DNA from: Neoconidiobolus thromboides FSU 785
Lineage: Eukaryota; Fungi; Entomophthoromycota
Assembly (NCBI GenBank): GCA_025603075.1
Contig: MU626391.1
Coordinates: 1 to 56,693 of the forward strand
Direction of reading: 5' to 3'
DNA: 56,693 nt
Shown here: one piece after another, positions 37,952-51,300 of the stretch
Layout of the letters: every line of letters starts with the position of its first letter
Position numbering within the stretch: the first letter of the stretch is position 1
The notes under the pieces: model-generated
Told to the model about the DNA's origin: nothing
Seen by the model: the letters and a program-made list of their open reading frames with translations, nothing else
Database searches by the model: none
Program-made: the position numbers and the translations under genes

Positions 37952-38843
37952 ATGAGTGAACTTAGACAACGTAAAGAAGAACATAGAAAAGAAATTGAAG
38001 TAACAAAAGAAGATTTAAACGCAAGTAGTACTACACCAAGGGAGTTAATAAGAAGATTTTTTACTTGGCTTGGTTTTGTTTTGATATGTAACGTTTTGGC
38101 TTCTTATTTAATTACTGAATCTTTTACTTGGGGTTATAAAAATAAGTATACTAACTGGAGAACTTATATTCCTGTAATATTTAATGTAAAATAGCGAAAA
38201 TAGTAATTAACGTATTAATAGAGAAAACAGATTACTTTCACTCCAAAAGAGCTAGCTAAATATGATGGTACAAACCCAGACTTGCCTATTTATATTGCTA
38301 TAGAGTAAACACTTTTATGAAAAAATGCGATCCTTCTAAATTTTAATTTAGTGGTGAGGTTTATGATGTTACGAACGGAAAAATGTATTATGGAAAGGTA
38401 TTTCATTTCTCTTTTTTTATTTCTCTTTTTATTTCTGCTTTTATTTAATTTAAAAGGGAGGAAGTTATCATTTCTTTTCTGGTAAAGATGCGGCTCGTGC
38501 TTATGTTACTGGATGCTTCAAAACTCATCTTACTCATGATTTGAGAGGTTTGGATGAACATGATATTGAGGTAATGATGGTACATAATAATTACATGTAG
38601 TATAAAGCATATTGTAGTGCTATACAATTTTAAAAACATACTATTTTTTGGTGCTAATACTAATTAAATAATACTTAGGGAGTTAAAGATTGGCAAGAGT
38701 TTTATCGCAATCATGAAACTTATTATAAAATTGGTAATGTAATCCATGAGCCTATTGACCCCGACTCCCCTATTCCAGAAGACTGCAAAGTAGATGGCAA
38801 AAGAAAAGCATCAGAAACAGTACAAAATGCAAATAAAAGCTGA
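37952..38843 (+). CDS. MAPR-family cytochrome b5-like heme/steroid-binding membrane protein, 5 exons
   Basis: TM segment, then FTPKELAKYDGTNPDLPIYIA, VYDVT..KMYYGKGGSYHFFSGKDAARAYVTGCF, DLRGL. Confidence 0.9.
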
Positions 38844-38896
38844 CTCAATTTTTATTGAATAATAAGTTATATTTTATTATTAAATATATATATTAT

Positions 38897-39534
38897 TTAT
38901 GCTCCTTTAAGTTTATATTTTGTGTTTTCTAGCTTAATAATATCTCCTTTTAAACTGAATACTATATAGTCGATACATAAACTAATTAATCCTTTAAATA
39001 ATGGAAGTAAAAACCAAAGCCAGGTCCAATGACCATCTGAAATTGGAAACAGAAAGTAGCTTACAGTGCAAAGAAGACAAATAGATAGTTTTATATATAT
39101 ATATCTATTTTCGACTTTATCGAATATTATTGGTTTCGTATCTTCTGACTTGGTGGTATGTGTCCATATTAAACTCCAGTTTAATATATCATCAATAATT
39201 ATTATAAAATGAAGCGGATTCAACGAAAACTCAAAGAATGAGCTTCAAAAGGGTTAGTATTATAACCAGAATCATATTAATAATAAAGTATTACATTATT
39301 GTCAAAATAGTAAATAAGGCAGAAACTATGATCTAAAGAAATTAAATTAAAATTAGTAATAATTAAAATTGAAATTACTTTAAACTCTCCATTCATCCTT
39401 TCGTCTTCCAGATTGTATTTCATAATTAGATGCTCCTGCTCTTCTTCATCTAACATCAATTCATTCTCTAAAATAGCATCTGAGCTATTTTGATCTTCAT
39501 TAAAAACTAAAGGATTCCTTTTTATCACTGGCAT
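38897..39534 (-). CDS. Small multipass membrane protein of unknown function, 3 exons
   Basis: MPVIKRNP...LDEEEQEHLI...IIVSALFTILTII...WTWLWFLLPL...KLENTKYKLKGA*; joins two track ORFs with GT-AG introns. Confidence 0.75.
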
Positions 39535-39598
39535 TTTAAAAAAACTGTTTGAAAACTAAAGATTTTATTTTATTTTCTTACTTTTCTCTTTTTTTAAA

Positions 39599-40408
39599 AT
39601 GCCAAAAGATAGATCAAAAAACAATAAAAGTATGAAAGTATTTAAAAAAACAACTAAAATATTGAAATTTTAGATTTTACAGGTAAAAGCTCAAGCATAA
39701 CAAACAAAAGAGAACCTCGGCAACCCCGAAAATCAGCTATTGAGATACCTGCTGAGTTACTTGAAGATGATACCAATGCTTCCAAAAGCAGTGCCAAAAG
39801 TCTCCAAAGTAGTTCCAAAGACTCAATCACAAAAAATGGAACTAAAAATTCTGGTCACAATAAAGATAAAACCATATCAAAAAACTTATTATCAATGAAG
39901 GTAATAATAAACTATATAAAAAATAAATAAATAGAAACATTTTTAGTTTATGCAAAGAACATTACAAGACCAAGATAGACAAAGTTTAGACCAGATTGGT
40001 AGTAATAAAAATAAAGAAGCCAACTGGGTAGTACGTTATAAGCATACCAATGATGAGATGAAGTAAAGAAATTATTAATAATAAAAAAGTTAATTCTTAT
40101 TAACTAAACAATAGTAAGTTCAAAGTTAGTTATGATACATCTTATCTTTCATACTCTAAGGAAGAGGAAGAAAGTAATACTGGTCGTCAATCTTTTGGTA
40201 ATTTTAACCAAAAGATACAGGTAATCATTTATTTATTTATGAGAGAATTATTTCCTTCTTTATTTAATAAATCATTTAGGCCATTACTGAAGAAACTGAA
40301 CGTAAACTTAGAATGGAGAGGATTGAAAAGCTAGAGCTACAAAATAGTATAAGTAATGAAGAGATGGCTAATAGAATGAAAAATAACTTAAAAAGACCTT
40401 TTCATTAG
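39599..40408 (+). CDS. MPP6: M-phase phosphoprotein 6, nuclear exosome cofactor, 5 exons
   Basis: Signature motifs ISKNLLSMKFMQR and GRQSFGNFN; absent from the ORF track. Confidence 0.8.
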
Positions 40409-40684
40409 TTATATGATAGTTACTTTGAAATGATTTTTTGTATGATTTTATAGGTTTTGTTAATGTTACTAATTAACATTACTTTTGATTGTATGTTTTT
40501 TTAAATAAAAATTAAGTATTTTTGTCTATATTAATAGCTTTTAATCACGTCTACTTTTGGATTCAATAAAAACAATTATCACAATACTTCAGACCCATTT
40601 CATTTTTTATCAAAAAATCATTTATCATTTTAAATCATAATAAACCTTATACTTTATTTGACTAAGATGTCTTTTGAAGTACAT

Positions 40685-41130
40685 TCAATTTTCTTCTTTA
40701 GTAGGTGGTGGCCCGCAAGGTTGAATCATTTTCTACAACTAAATAAATATTATTATTAAATTATAAATGCTTCCTACCTCCAAGCAATGAAATTTAATTC
40801 TGCCAATGGACTCGCCTTCAGCAATTGAAAAATAATGGGTTAATTGAGCATGACCAATATAACTTGCGTAAGAATCTCTATGTTGATTGAGCATCCATTC
40901 ACTAATAAAATGGTTATTTTGGAAACTTATACTTGAATAACAATTACAATTTAGTAGTATCAGCATGTCCTGTTCCTACGTATTTGGATTGTACTATATT
41001 ATGTGGTTAATTCAGTTATTACAATTAATTATTATAGTTACAGTGCTCTAATTGAGAGTTTAAATTAAATCTATCCTAAATAATTAGTATTGTTAGTAGT
41101 CTCTATTAAATTTATAATTCAATTTACCAT
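40685..41130 (-). CDS. SF3B5: Splicing factor 3B subunit 5 (SF3b10/Ysf3), 5 exons
   Basis: M|DRFNLNSQLEHLQSKYVGTGHADTTKFEWMLNQHRDSYASYIGH...KMIQPCGPPP. Confidence 0.95.
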
Positions 41131-41240
41131 GATTAAAAAATAAAAATTACAAAGTTTTGCATTTTATCAAATAATGCAATTTTATTTTTAAAAAAAGATA
41201 CAAATAAAAAGCAATATATAAAAATAATCGTTAGATTCAT

Positions 41241-41853
41241 TTATTCCAAATTTTTAATATCATTAATAGCATCTACATTAGCTGTCATTTTGAATTTCTT
41301 CTCAGGTTCTTTCTTTTCAACCATTTCATCTTTGTTTTTTCCAGCTAAATTCCCTTTCCTCTTTAACCTTTTAGCTCTTTTTTTAGCCGTTTTTTCTTCT
41401 TCTTGCTTTCTGATATTTTCTATTTGTTTCTGATATGCCTCTCTTTCTTTTTCCTATTGAATAAATTAATACACATTTAAATCTCTATTTTAAATTTCAT
41501 TTACATTCCTAGCTTCTGCTTCCATTGCAGCTAATCGACTATACTCTCGCCTCCTCTGTGCGCGATAAACATGAAACTCTCCACTACCTGCCCCAGCGCT
41601 TGAACCTATTTATTTGTTAGCAATAATATTTTAAAATAGTGACCTTTCGGTTACCTTGTACATTTGGATTAATTTCTGGTACGTTACTAAATGGGTCTAG
41701 TTTATTTCTAGTACCATTCAGAGGTAAGTTGAGCTCTACATCTTTGTGTTTCATCAACTTTTCAATCTTAATCTTTTGTTTTTCTTGCTCAGTATATATA
41801 TGATATCCTTTTTTTTCAGTCTTACCCTCATCTTTTTGCTCTTTTTCACTCAT
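41241..41853 (-). CDS. PRKRIP1: PRKR-interacting protein 1 homolog (spliceosome C* factor), 3 exons
   Basis: [27 protein letters not shown], then [13 protein letters not shown]. Confidence 0.92.
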
Positions 41854-41953
41854 TTTTTAATAAAATTATAAAATAAAATTATAAAATAAAATTGGGTGTC
41901 ATTTTTTAAATTTTACTTTTTATTTGCTCACTTTTATTAATTTTAAAATTTAA

Positions 41954-42721
41954 ATGTTAAAACAATTCAATTTGATACAAATTAGTACACTACAGAGGTT
42001 AATTACACTACAAAGGTCAACTTTATTACAAAAACGACTCGTCAATACCTCCACATCACGCTTGGCTCCGTCAAAAAGGACTCCTGTTAAACTCACTTTA
42101 ACACTTTTAGCATCGACTTTACTAGCTGGCGTAACATACCAATATTATAAGACTATAAATGAAAAGAAGAAATTAGATAGGATATCTTCGGAAATAAATA
42201 ATTTACAAATTGTAAACCAACTAGAGTCTGGAAACTTAGGACCTTATAAAAAGATCGAAACTTTGTTTTCTAGTGAAGCAGATAAGAGTATGGCGAAAGA
42301 GTCCAACTTAACCCAAACCACCTATCGTTCACCAGATAAAATTCCTTTCCCACCAAGGATTTATTACAATAGCCAAGAAGGGCAAAGTTACGAGGTCCAT
42401 TTTGCAGGTAGCTCATTAGGAGATGGTAATGGTAACATTCATGAAGGTGTCATCTCTTCTTTATTGGATGAAGCATTTGCTAGGGTAGCTTTTCAAAAGT
42501 TTCATACACATTATCTGTTTACAGCTAATTTAAGTATTGACTTTATGGATGAACTGAAGGTGGATTCTTTCTTTTTAATCCATTGTCAGCTGGCTATTAA
42601 TGATAAAAATTACAAGGCAGAAATTCGAGCAGAAGTTAAAGAGGTTGATAGCGGTAAGGTTGTTGCTAATGCTACTGGTTTGTTTTTGGTTCCTAAAGAT
42701 AAGAGACATTTAATCAAATAA
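41954..42721 (+). CDS. Hotdog-fold (PaaI/THEM4-like) thioesterase, probably mitochondrial
   Basis: Arg/Ser/Thr-rich presequence, TM-like segment, NIHEGVISSLLDE and TANLSIDF. Confidence 0.8.
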   Translation: MLKQFNLIQISTLQRLITLQRSTLLQKRLVNTSTSRLAPSKRTPVKLTLTLLASTLLAGVTYQYYKTINEKKKLDRISSEINNLQIVNQLESGNLGPYKKIETLFSSEADKSMAKESNLTQTTYRSPDKIPFPPRIYYNSQEGQSYEVHFAGSSLGDGNGNIHEGVISSLLDEAFARVAFQKFHTHYLFTANLSIDFMDELKVDSFFLIHCQLAINDKNYKAEIRAEVKEVDSGKVVANATGLFLVPKDKRHLIK

Positions 42722-42865
42722 GTTTACAGTTTAAAAGTTTTTATTATAAAATAATTTAAAATAATAAACAATAAATAAACTAAAAATTTATGTTTGTTTA
42801 AACATTCTTTATATAATATATTATGAATATGTATTATTAGGTCTGTTTTAAGGTACATTATTTAA

Positions 42866-43890
42866 TTAGATTATTTGAAGCTAATAAAAAACATTAACAA
42901 ATAAGACATTGGGTTGAAGATAGAAATAACTTACATAATTGCTTGGTACAATACCAGTCTTACCATCCTTAGAACGTGCTTGCCACCATTTTCCTTCTTT
43001 GTCTGCAATTTCCAATTCATCTCCTTTAGCAAATGAGAGCTCATTAGAATCTTGACTTACGTCTATTAAAGGTTAATTTTCTTAAACTTAAGATATTATA
43101 AAATTAATTTTACAAGCATAAGTTGCTTTAGCGCGATATTGATAATTAAGGGTATCAGTACCACCTAAAATGGTACCACCTAACATAGTACCACCAAATG
43201 GGTTGCCTGAGCTAGTACCAACAATATTACTAAAGCTATCAGGTCTAGCAGGATTGCTATATTTCGAGTTATCGCTAAAGTTTCCAGCTTCATTATTTTG
43301 ACTTGAGTTTTGCTTTTCAACACTTTTATTAGTATCCTCTTCAATATCTTCTTCTGGACTTTTACCCAAGGCTATAAGAGTGATAAACTTGAATACGAAT
43401 TTAATTGAAGTAGAATTATATTGAATTTATTAATTACCAAAGATATTACCAATAACCCAAAACCAGCATAGGGCACCGTTGCTTTTACCTTTATACTACT
43501 CTTTTCAATCTCATTCAAATTTTGGAAGGCTAACACACAAAATACTAAACCAATGGAAAGGTAAGCGATGAGCTATAAAATAAATTATTATTAATGTTAA
43601 CCATCAATTATAAATAATAACATTAATAACCTACGGATAAATGGTAATTTTTAAGAGAGTTTGTAAATAAGATAACTAAGGTATAAACTAACACAAATAG
43701 CACATATATTAAACAAAACCAACATAATGCTGATTCTGTTTTTATTGATATTAAACCTCCTAATGCAATTACCCAACTAATCTATAATGCTTTATTAATT
43801 TGAGTTGTGACTAGTGAGCTGTTGGTTTACCGTATATAGAGCGGAAAGTATTAATTTTAATGGACTTTTAAATATCGTCTCAAGGCTCAT
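42866..43890 (-). CDS. SHO1: Sho1 osmosensor (4 TM + SH3), 5 exons
   Basis: Four hydrophobic segments and a C-terminal SH3 YRAKATYA...NELSFAKGDELEI...KWWQAR...GIVPSNY|LQII*. Confidence 0.88.
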
Positions 43891-44167
43891 TTTTTGATAT
43901 ATTAATTTAAGATTAATTAAATTGAAAAGAATAAAAAAATTCAACTTAAAATTTTAATTAATTAGATTTTTAATGTTCTACTATTTTTAATATAAAGAAC
44001 AATAGAGATTGCCCTTAAATTTTGCAATTAGATCAAACTTATCCTTTATTTTTCTAATTAACATTAATTTGAATAGTAACTCACTTCGAAATTTTAAAAT
44101 GAAATAAATTATGAAATTACTTTATTATACTATTATATTTTATAAACTATTTTTATTATGTGTTATT

Positions 44168-45202
44168 TTATAACAAATCAAAACTAGCAACAGACTCATA
44201 TTTTTTTAAAGTATCATCACTTAATGGATAATTCTGTGGACGAATTAATAACTTAACTTTCATCCCAGCTTCAAGGGCAGCGTCAAGTTCTTGGGTGATT
44301 ATCAAAATTAGTAAAATAAAACTAGAAAGTCAATAGCTTACCTAATGGATTATCACTTAAAAACAAGATAGTTGAAGGATCTTTTTCAAGTCCAAGTTCT
44401 CTAGCAATCTTGAGATAAGATTCTTTGGTTATTTTTGAACCAGCTGTTATGGTATCAAAATGACCATCAATAAACTAAAAATAAACTTAAATTTTAAATA
44501 AAATTAGAATATTTACTTTTAGCATATCCCCTTCCTCAGTATATTTAAATAATAATTTTTGAGCTTCAATACTACCAGAAGAGTAAATATAAATAGGCAC
44601 TTGTTCTTTTACCCATCTCTCGAATGCCTGTTTAACATCTGGGAAACAACTATTTATTAATTTTCTGTTTTTTTTAAACATTAATGATTCATTTACTATC
44701 CCTTAATTTCTCCACTTTCATATCCTTCTCTCCAAATAAAGCCCTGTAAATTTTTTAATGCAGCCTGTTTACGGTCAATGGACATCTGCCACTCTATGCT
44801 TTTAAGAATTGAATTTCTACTTTTCCTGAAATAATGTAAGTTTAATTTAATCTACAATTATTAAAGTTACTCCACATCTTGCTCCAAATCTGGTATCAAT
44901 ATCGCCCCTTCTACTTTATCTTCAACATCTTTCATTGACTTTTTATTTAGTTTATAAATGTTTTTATAGCTTTAAATTTTATGCTTACTTGCAGTTGTAG
45001 TTCTTGGAGATACTTTTTGAACTCAAAATTGTCCCATAATTCAATCAACGCTGAAGGTAATTTATTTTTAAAATAAGGAAACAGGTTTTCTTTCACAAAC
45101 GGAATTGGAGTTGTGGTTCCTTCAATGTCGGTTAAAATTATCTTGGCTAAAATTGATTAAGACATTATATATATTATTATTGTAATTTTTACTGCTAGCC
45201 AT
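44168..45202 (-). CDS. UTR4: Enolase-phosphatase E1 (methionine salvage, HAD family), multi-exon
   Basis: IILTDIEGTTTPIPFVK..LFPY, IYIYSSGSIEAQKLLF, ILFLSDN.LELDAA..AG. Confidence 0.93.
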
Positions 45203-45539
45203 TTTAGTTATTAAAGATTATTTTTGTTTTTTTTAATTGATTGTTTCTGTATTTTATTCATAATATTTTAGCAGTTATTTTAATTTGCTAAAATTTGACT
45301 TAAAAATCACTACTTTAAAATCATTAATCAATGTAACTTTAGGCTGGTAGGTCAAAAGTTACATTATCAAAAGTATTAAAGTATAATATTTGACACTTGC
45401 AAGCTATTAACTTATCTTGTTAAAAATTGGTCCCCAGTACTTACCCATATTTAAATCTATTAAAAATAAATCCAGCAGTTTGTATAATAGTGTTTAGCTT
45501 TGATTTTCTTATGCTAAGCTTTCTAAAAATTGAAAGGAT

Positions 45540-46900
45540 AGGATTAATACAATCATTTTGAATTCTTCCCCTTTAACAGCTTGAATTTTAATATGTCATA
45601 TTAATTCGAACAAGAAACAGATATCCTTTTAGAATACTATTTGAATTTTCAAAGTTGGATAGACTGCTTGAGCACCAATTTCTAAGTGAACGTTCATTTG
45701 ATATTGCAAATGGGATTCTCAAATATAATTTAGTTTACTCGATATATAATGAAAGAGGATTCAAGAAATACTATTATTGTCAAGAAAAATTTGTTAAAGA
45801 AAATAAGATATTAATGAAACACATAAATCTATATAATAGTAACATTGGATATTTAGAATATTATCTGAGCTTAGAATCTATATATTATGAAAGAGAAGAA
45901 GGTTTTGATAACAATAATATGATTGAAATTAAATCTAATTTACCAATCTTGAAGAAATTAGCCATAAATTCATACAAACATGTACAATCATTAAACATAT
46001 TTAAGAAATACCTAAATCAACTAAATGTGTTTGAATATGAAAAATAGCATAATAATTAATGATTTTGTTTATTACTTCAACTCAGAGATTTTAATATTGT
46101 TGAAAGTAGATTCTAAATGCAATTTAAATTGTAACAAATTAGATATTATTAAGTCAAAGCTCATTATTTTAAAAGTATTACATTTAACATCACCAAAATT
46201 TATTAATACTACCCCATTGAGTTTAATTCAAATACAAATTCTATATCAGGTCTGAGATTGAAAGCTAAAGGATATTTATTTTGCTTCATACATCGAGTGT
46301 TTTGGTGACCTCAGTATAGTCGAAAGCGTAAAAGTAATAGATAATTCAGGAGCTTATTTTGATCTTGGTTACAAAGAAAATAGCATGAGATTAATTGAAG
46401 ATAGCAGTATCATTGTATTGTCTTATTTTAACTTATGTAAAATTGATTCTGATTTTTTGAAATTCCCATCTTTAAAGCATTTACATTTTTAGCCCACCTA
46501 AGAAATTGTTATGTAATATTTCTTTGTTATCAGATATTTGAAATACTAGTATTATTTATTTAAATTCCAATATTAATACCTTTCATGATTTTGAATTATA
46601 TGATGCTAAACAATATAGTAAAAAGTTTAAACATATTCAATCTAAATTTACAAAACAAATTTAAACTAACTGCTTTTATTATGAATATGAGGTATTTCTC
46701 AATCCCCTGTTCCTATTTATAAGCCTTGAAGTGTTTTAAATTTGAGACATTGACTAATAAACCTAAATCCAGATGAAGATATCAACCTTATATCTGTTAC
46801 TCCTTTACTGCTTATTATACCAATTAAGGATATAAATCTGAGCTTTTATAATTAGTCAAGAGAGAACTCAATTATGAATTGGATGTGGCTGTAAAAAATT
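45540..46900 (+). pseudogene. Fragmented LRR-like gene relic
   Basis: Overlapping frameshifted ORFs with L/I-x-x-L-x-L patterns (LPILKKLAI, FPSLKHLH) and many stops. Confidence 0.35.
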
Positions 46901-47299
46901 AAAACTACATTTATTATTATTATGGCTATTATTATCATTATTGTTAGCTATTTTTATTACTGTTTTGTTATTGTCTCTTGTAGTTGACTTAAAAAACATT
47001 TGATTGTTATTATGATTGTTGATTTTATTTATTAAGCATATTTGCTATATAAACTATAACTTTTATGTAGTTTTGTTTATACTATAATTAATAACATTTG
47101 TTTAATTTTATATTTTAAGATGACGTTCAACTTGAAAGCGGCTTTTTGTTTTTCAAAGAATAAGTAAAAATAAGTCAACCTTCTTTTATTTACTTGTTCA
47201 ACTATCAAACAAATAATGTGAATGAATTTACTAAACCTTTAAATAAATGACATCCAACAATTTTACACAAGCCAATGAATTCATGAACATATAAATATT

Positions 47300-49050
47300 A
47301 AAGGAATAATTGATATAACGATTGATAAAAGTAAAGAAGTTAAAGATATTTAGAGGACTTAGTGTTTAAATTTATTGGATGTATTAGATTTGTATAGGTA
47401 ACTATCAAAACATGACTAAGAGGTATTTGAAAAAGATAGGTTTGGCAAAAATACCTTCTAGCTTCAGATTGAGGCCTAAGCGCCTATCTTAGATATTATC
47501 AACTGTCTTTGGATCTAAGATATAGATTACTCTAATATATTAAATAGGGTTTGTGAACTAAGCTTTTATTTAACATAAAGTCCGACTAATTTTAATTCCT
47601 ACAAGTTCATCTAGCTTAAAGAATACTTAAATTTTTATAACCAACTTTATAATGAAGATAAGGCAACAACAGGTCAATTCTAGTATTTAACTTATCTTTT
47701 CAATAAATTGGAATTTGTTTTTAAAAAGGTTATAGTATAGCTACAAATATTAAAGCCTCAAATAAAAAGGTAATACCCTCTTTTTTGATTTACTCAAAAA
47801 TCAATGTTTAAATGGACAATCCTAAAAAAGGGTTTTTTTATAATAAAGAAAGGATTCCAGATATAAGAACAAGTTAGTTGGATTTGTAATTAATATCGAA
47901 AATTAAGTAACTAGGAACAAACTAAAGTTAATACCAAAATCAAATAGATATTTGGATTCGGATAAAATCTCAGCTCCAGATCAAATGGCTAGTAGCTCTA
48001 GTTGTTATAGTAGGGTGGTACTATATTTAAAGTGATCAGACGCAATTTTTTATTACATCCATATTTTATTAGTATGAGGACGAAAAGTTTAAAGGGGATG
48101 ACACAAGTCATAATTGAAAAAGAAACAAAAAGCTGGCTAATAGCCCTATTGAGTCAGTGAATATAGTTTTTAAAGCTTATTTTCGACACCCTAGATTCAA
48201 TAAATAAATATTTATGATAGTGGTTTATTATTTCAGCAGCAGGTACATTACAAAGGCAATTAGCTGACACAATTATCGGATTTTAGTGCAGCTTACACTA
48301 TATTATTTATGTAGCTTAAGGATTTATGCTAACAACTAAGTAATGGTAGTTTCAATAAAAATAATACTTATATTGATTAGATGACAGTTAAGTGAACCCA
48401 ATAGGAGTTTAAAGAGTAGCAATAATCTTATCAAAACCGGAAACAAAGTTAGTGATAGTAAGTTTTGGCCCCTTTAAAAATTGACTAGTAAAGGATTATT
48501 TGTTACTAAATTAATCCAAGTCAGTATAAAAACAGTCAACTTTTTTGAAAACAAAATGATGAGTATATTAAAGAGTTTTAAAAAAGAAAATTGAGTCGTG
48601 TAATTCGACCTTTTATTAGACAGTCAAAAAGAGCATGAGCAATAAATGACTTTGGTCTTATAAAGAAAGAGTATCAGTGATAAATCTAGGTTTAAAACAA
48701 GTATGTCAAAATTAAGTCTCCTTACATGAAGGTAAAGTAAGAAAGTTGAGATGAATTTTAGAGCTAGATTGCAAAGTTGGGGTATACTAATCAATCTCAG
48801 TATTTTTTTTATTGTGTTATAAGTTAAAGTAGTGTATATTCTTATGAAAATAGGCTCCATATAAATGATTTTGGCTAGAAGTCAGTTATATAGCATAACA
48901 CTGTAGGTATTTTAAGCCAATTGTTGTCTAATAACAAAGCCATTTTAGATAAATAAACTGTTATATTTCTGTTGAGGTTTTCTAACATATTGTACTTGGG
49001 ATTTTTTTAGGATGTAAGCTCATTACTAGTTAAATATAGTATATTTAGAT
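47300..49050 (-). mobile_element. Heavily decayed non-LTR (LINE)-type reverse-transcriptase relic
   Basis: One stop-riddled frame holds YTPTLQSSSKIH (like YRPISL..SKI) and HTCFKPRFITD (like Q.GFR..STxD); a frameshifted YLGIPF-like motif lies at 47848-47863. Confidence 0.4.
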
Positions 49051-49900
49051 ACAAAGACCTAATTGATAATGTTAAAACTACATGGATTTTTATTATTGTA
49101 AAAGCATATACGTAAGTTTATTTTATAAGCTGAGATAAAATCAGATTATGATGTCAAGATGCTGTATTTTTAGTCAAAATTGTTAGCTTTATTTCTAGCT
49201 TATCATTATTTAAAATAAATTTCCTGTTTAAAATTGTAACCAATGTTTTGTTAGAAACCTAATGATAAGAATAAAAGCCAAATAGTCTAATTGTAAAACT
49301 ATAATAAATAAAAAGATCGATTTTCTCCTACTAAATTAACTTTTTTAACTCAACCTTTAATCTCTTTTAAAACGGACACTAATTTGAGTTTAAACCAAAC
49401 ATTCAAATTCTTGTTGAACTTAATAAGCTTATAGTAATGTCTTTGGATTTAGTAGTTAATTACTAACACTTCTTTAATTTTAGGCTAAATCAAAATGAAC
49501 AAAACGCTTAAACAAGACATTCTTATAGGTTTTGAAAAATTTAAAGCTAATCAAACAATAAAATTTCATTTGTAATATCAAAATAGGTAAAACCTTTCAA
49601 ATGACGGTTTATATTACAATAAAACATACATTTATTATAAATATATAATTAATCTAAGTAAAGAGGCTTTAAGAACCAGCCTATCATATGATACTTTATG
49701 GCTACAACCTTTAATTCTATTTGCTTGGCCTAAAATCAAAAAAAGCTGACCAAAAATATCAAATAAACTCAAAAAAAGACATGATGACTTCATTAATGCT
49801 CTAAGTAAAGAGAACAACCAGTTTTTAAACTAAGGGATATAAAAATAGAATCTTATTTAAACAAAACAAAAAAGAAGTCTATTTTTAAGAGTTAAAGCAG

Positions 49901-50343
49901 ATGGAGGAAGCAAGGATTAAATTTTTATTGTTAAATGGAGCTAAAGTGGAGTATAGTTTTAATAATCAAATGACTATTCATGAGGTCAAACAAAGGTTGA
50001 TCGAGAATTGGCCTGGAGGTAAATTTGATTCATTTATTTTTTTCATTTATCTTAAATTTAACTTGAAGAATGGATGAACGATAAGCCGATTTCTATTTTA
50101 GCATTGCGTTTGCTGTATCTTGGTAAAATATTGGAGGACTTTAAGACATTAAAAGGTAAATTTAAGCTTGAATTATATTATTTAAGCCATTTATAACACA
50201 ATTAAGTAGAATACAAAATATTAAATGGAGAAGTTAGTACACTTCATTTAACCATATTAGATAGTCAACAGATAGAAAATAATAGTATTAAATCAAAATC
50301 AAAAAAACCAAAATTGAATTGCTTCCCGTGTTTATGCTTGTGA
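49901..50343 (+). CDS. UBL3: Membrane-anchored ubiquitin-fold protein (UBL3/MUB), 3 exons
   Basis: TIHEVKQRLIENWP, LRLLYLGKILED..TL, STLHL; C-terminus NCFPCLCL* (CaaX-like). Not in the ORF track. Confidence 0.8.
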
Positions 50344-50938
50344 ATTTTCAACTATTGTACAATATTATTTAATAAATTATGTTTTCTTAAACCTCGATCC
50401 GCTTCTTCTGAGCCTTAGTTGATATTGATCAATTTGCATTTACTTGTTATTTATATTTAATTATCAATTGTCTTTTATTTTTAATATTGGGTTATTAACT
50501 CCAAATTTTTATAGAATTCTATTTTGTTTCAAGTCAATGTTAGATTTACTTTAAGATGCCCCATATATTAAAATGGTTGTTAAATATGTATTACTTTTGA
50601 TATACTTTAAAATCAATTACTGTATTTGTTATAGCCAAGTGTATTATTTAATAGTGACTACTTTTCACGTAATTCTTTTTTTACTTATTTTAATAAGGAG
50701 TAGGTTTAGATTTTGACATGACTATTATTCTTAAAATAAAAACACTCGTTTTAGAAGTAGTGTATAGTTTATACTAAGGTAGCCTATATATCGAATTTAA
50801 TTATCAAAGAGTATCAATCATTGATGTGGTTTAGCACTTTAATTCTACTAACTTTTTACGACACCCTTAATCCTAACTATTTCAATTTACTGATGGTATC
50901 CCTAATGTATTAGTTCAGTAACAAGCGATCCAAATAAA

Positions 50939-51041
50939 ATATGAGGATGTTTCGGTTTCACCACTTTTTCCATTTTTCAAGCGCTATTTGAGTAGAAAGA
51001 TTGTTAGTAAAATTCTTAAATAAAAAAATATATCTCCACAT
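50939..51041 (+). mobile_element. MITE copy 14
   Basis: ATATGAGGATG...AAGCGCTATTTGAGTAG...ATATCTCCACAT. Confidence 0.8.
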
Positions 51042-51300
51042 ACTATTTTTTGCGCTAAGGAAGGAAAAAAATAAACTCTTTATACAAAATATTGTAACCA
51101 GAGCAAAAGTAATTGTTACTTTACATAAACCACTTTATAATTATTTAATGTGTAAAGTTAAATTACCTTTAAACCTGCCTTAATTTAGAATATTACTTTA
51201 CTAGTTTACAAAGGAATGAACTTGCTTTATTTTAATAAATAAAAAGGCAACAGTAAAAATTCTAATTATTTATTACATACATAGCGAATTAGTCCTTAAT

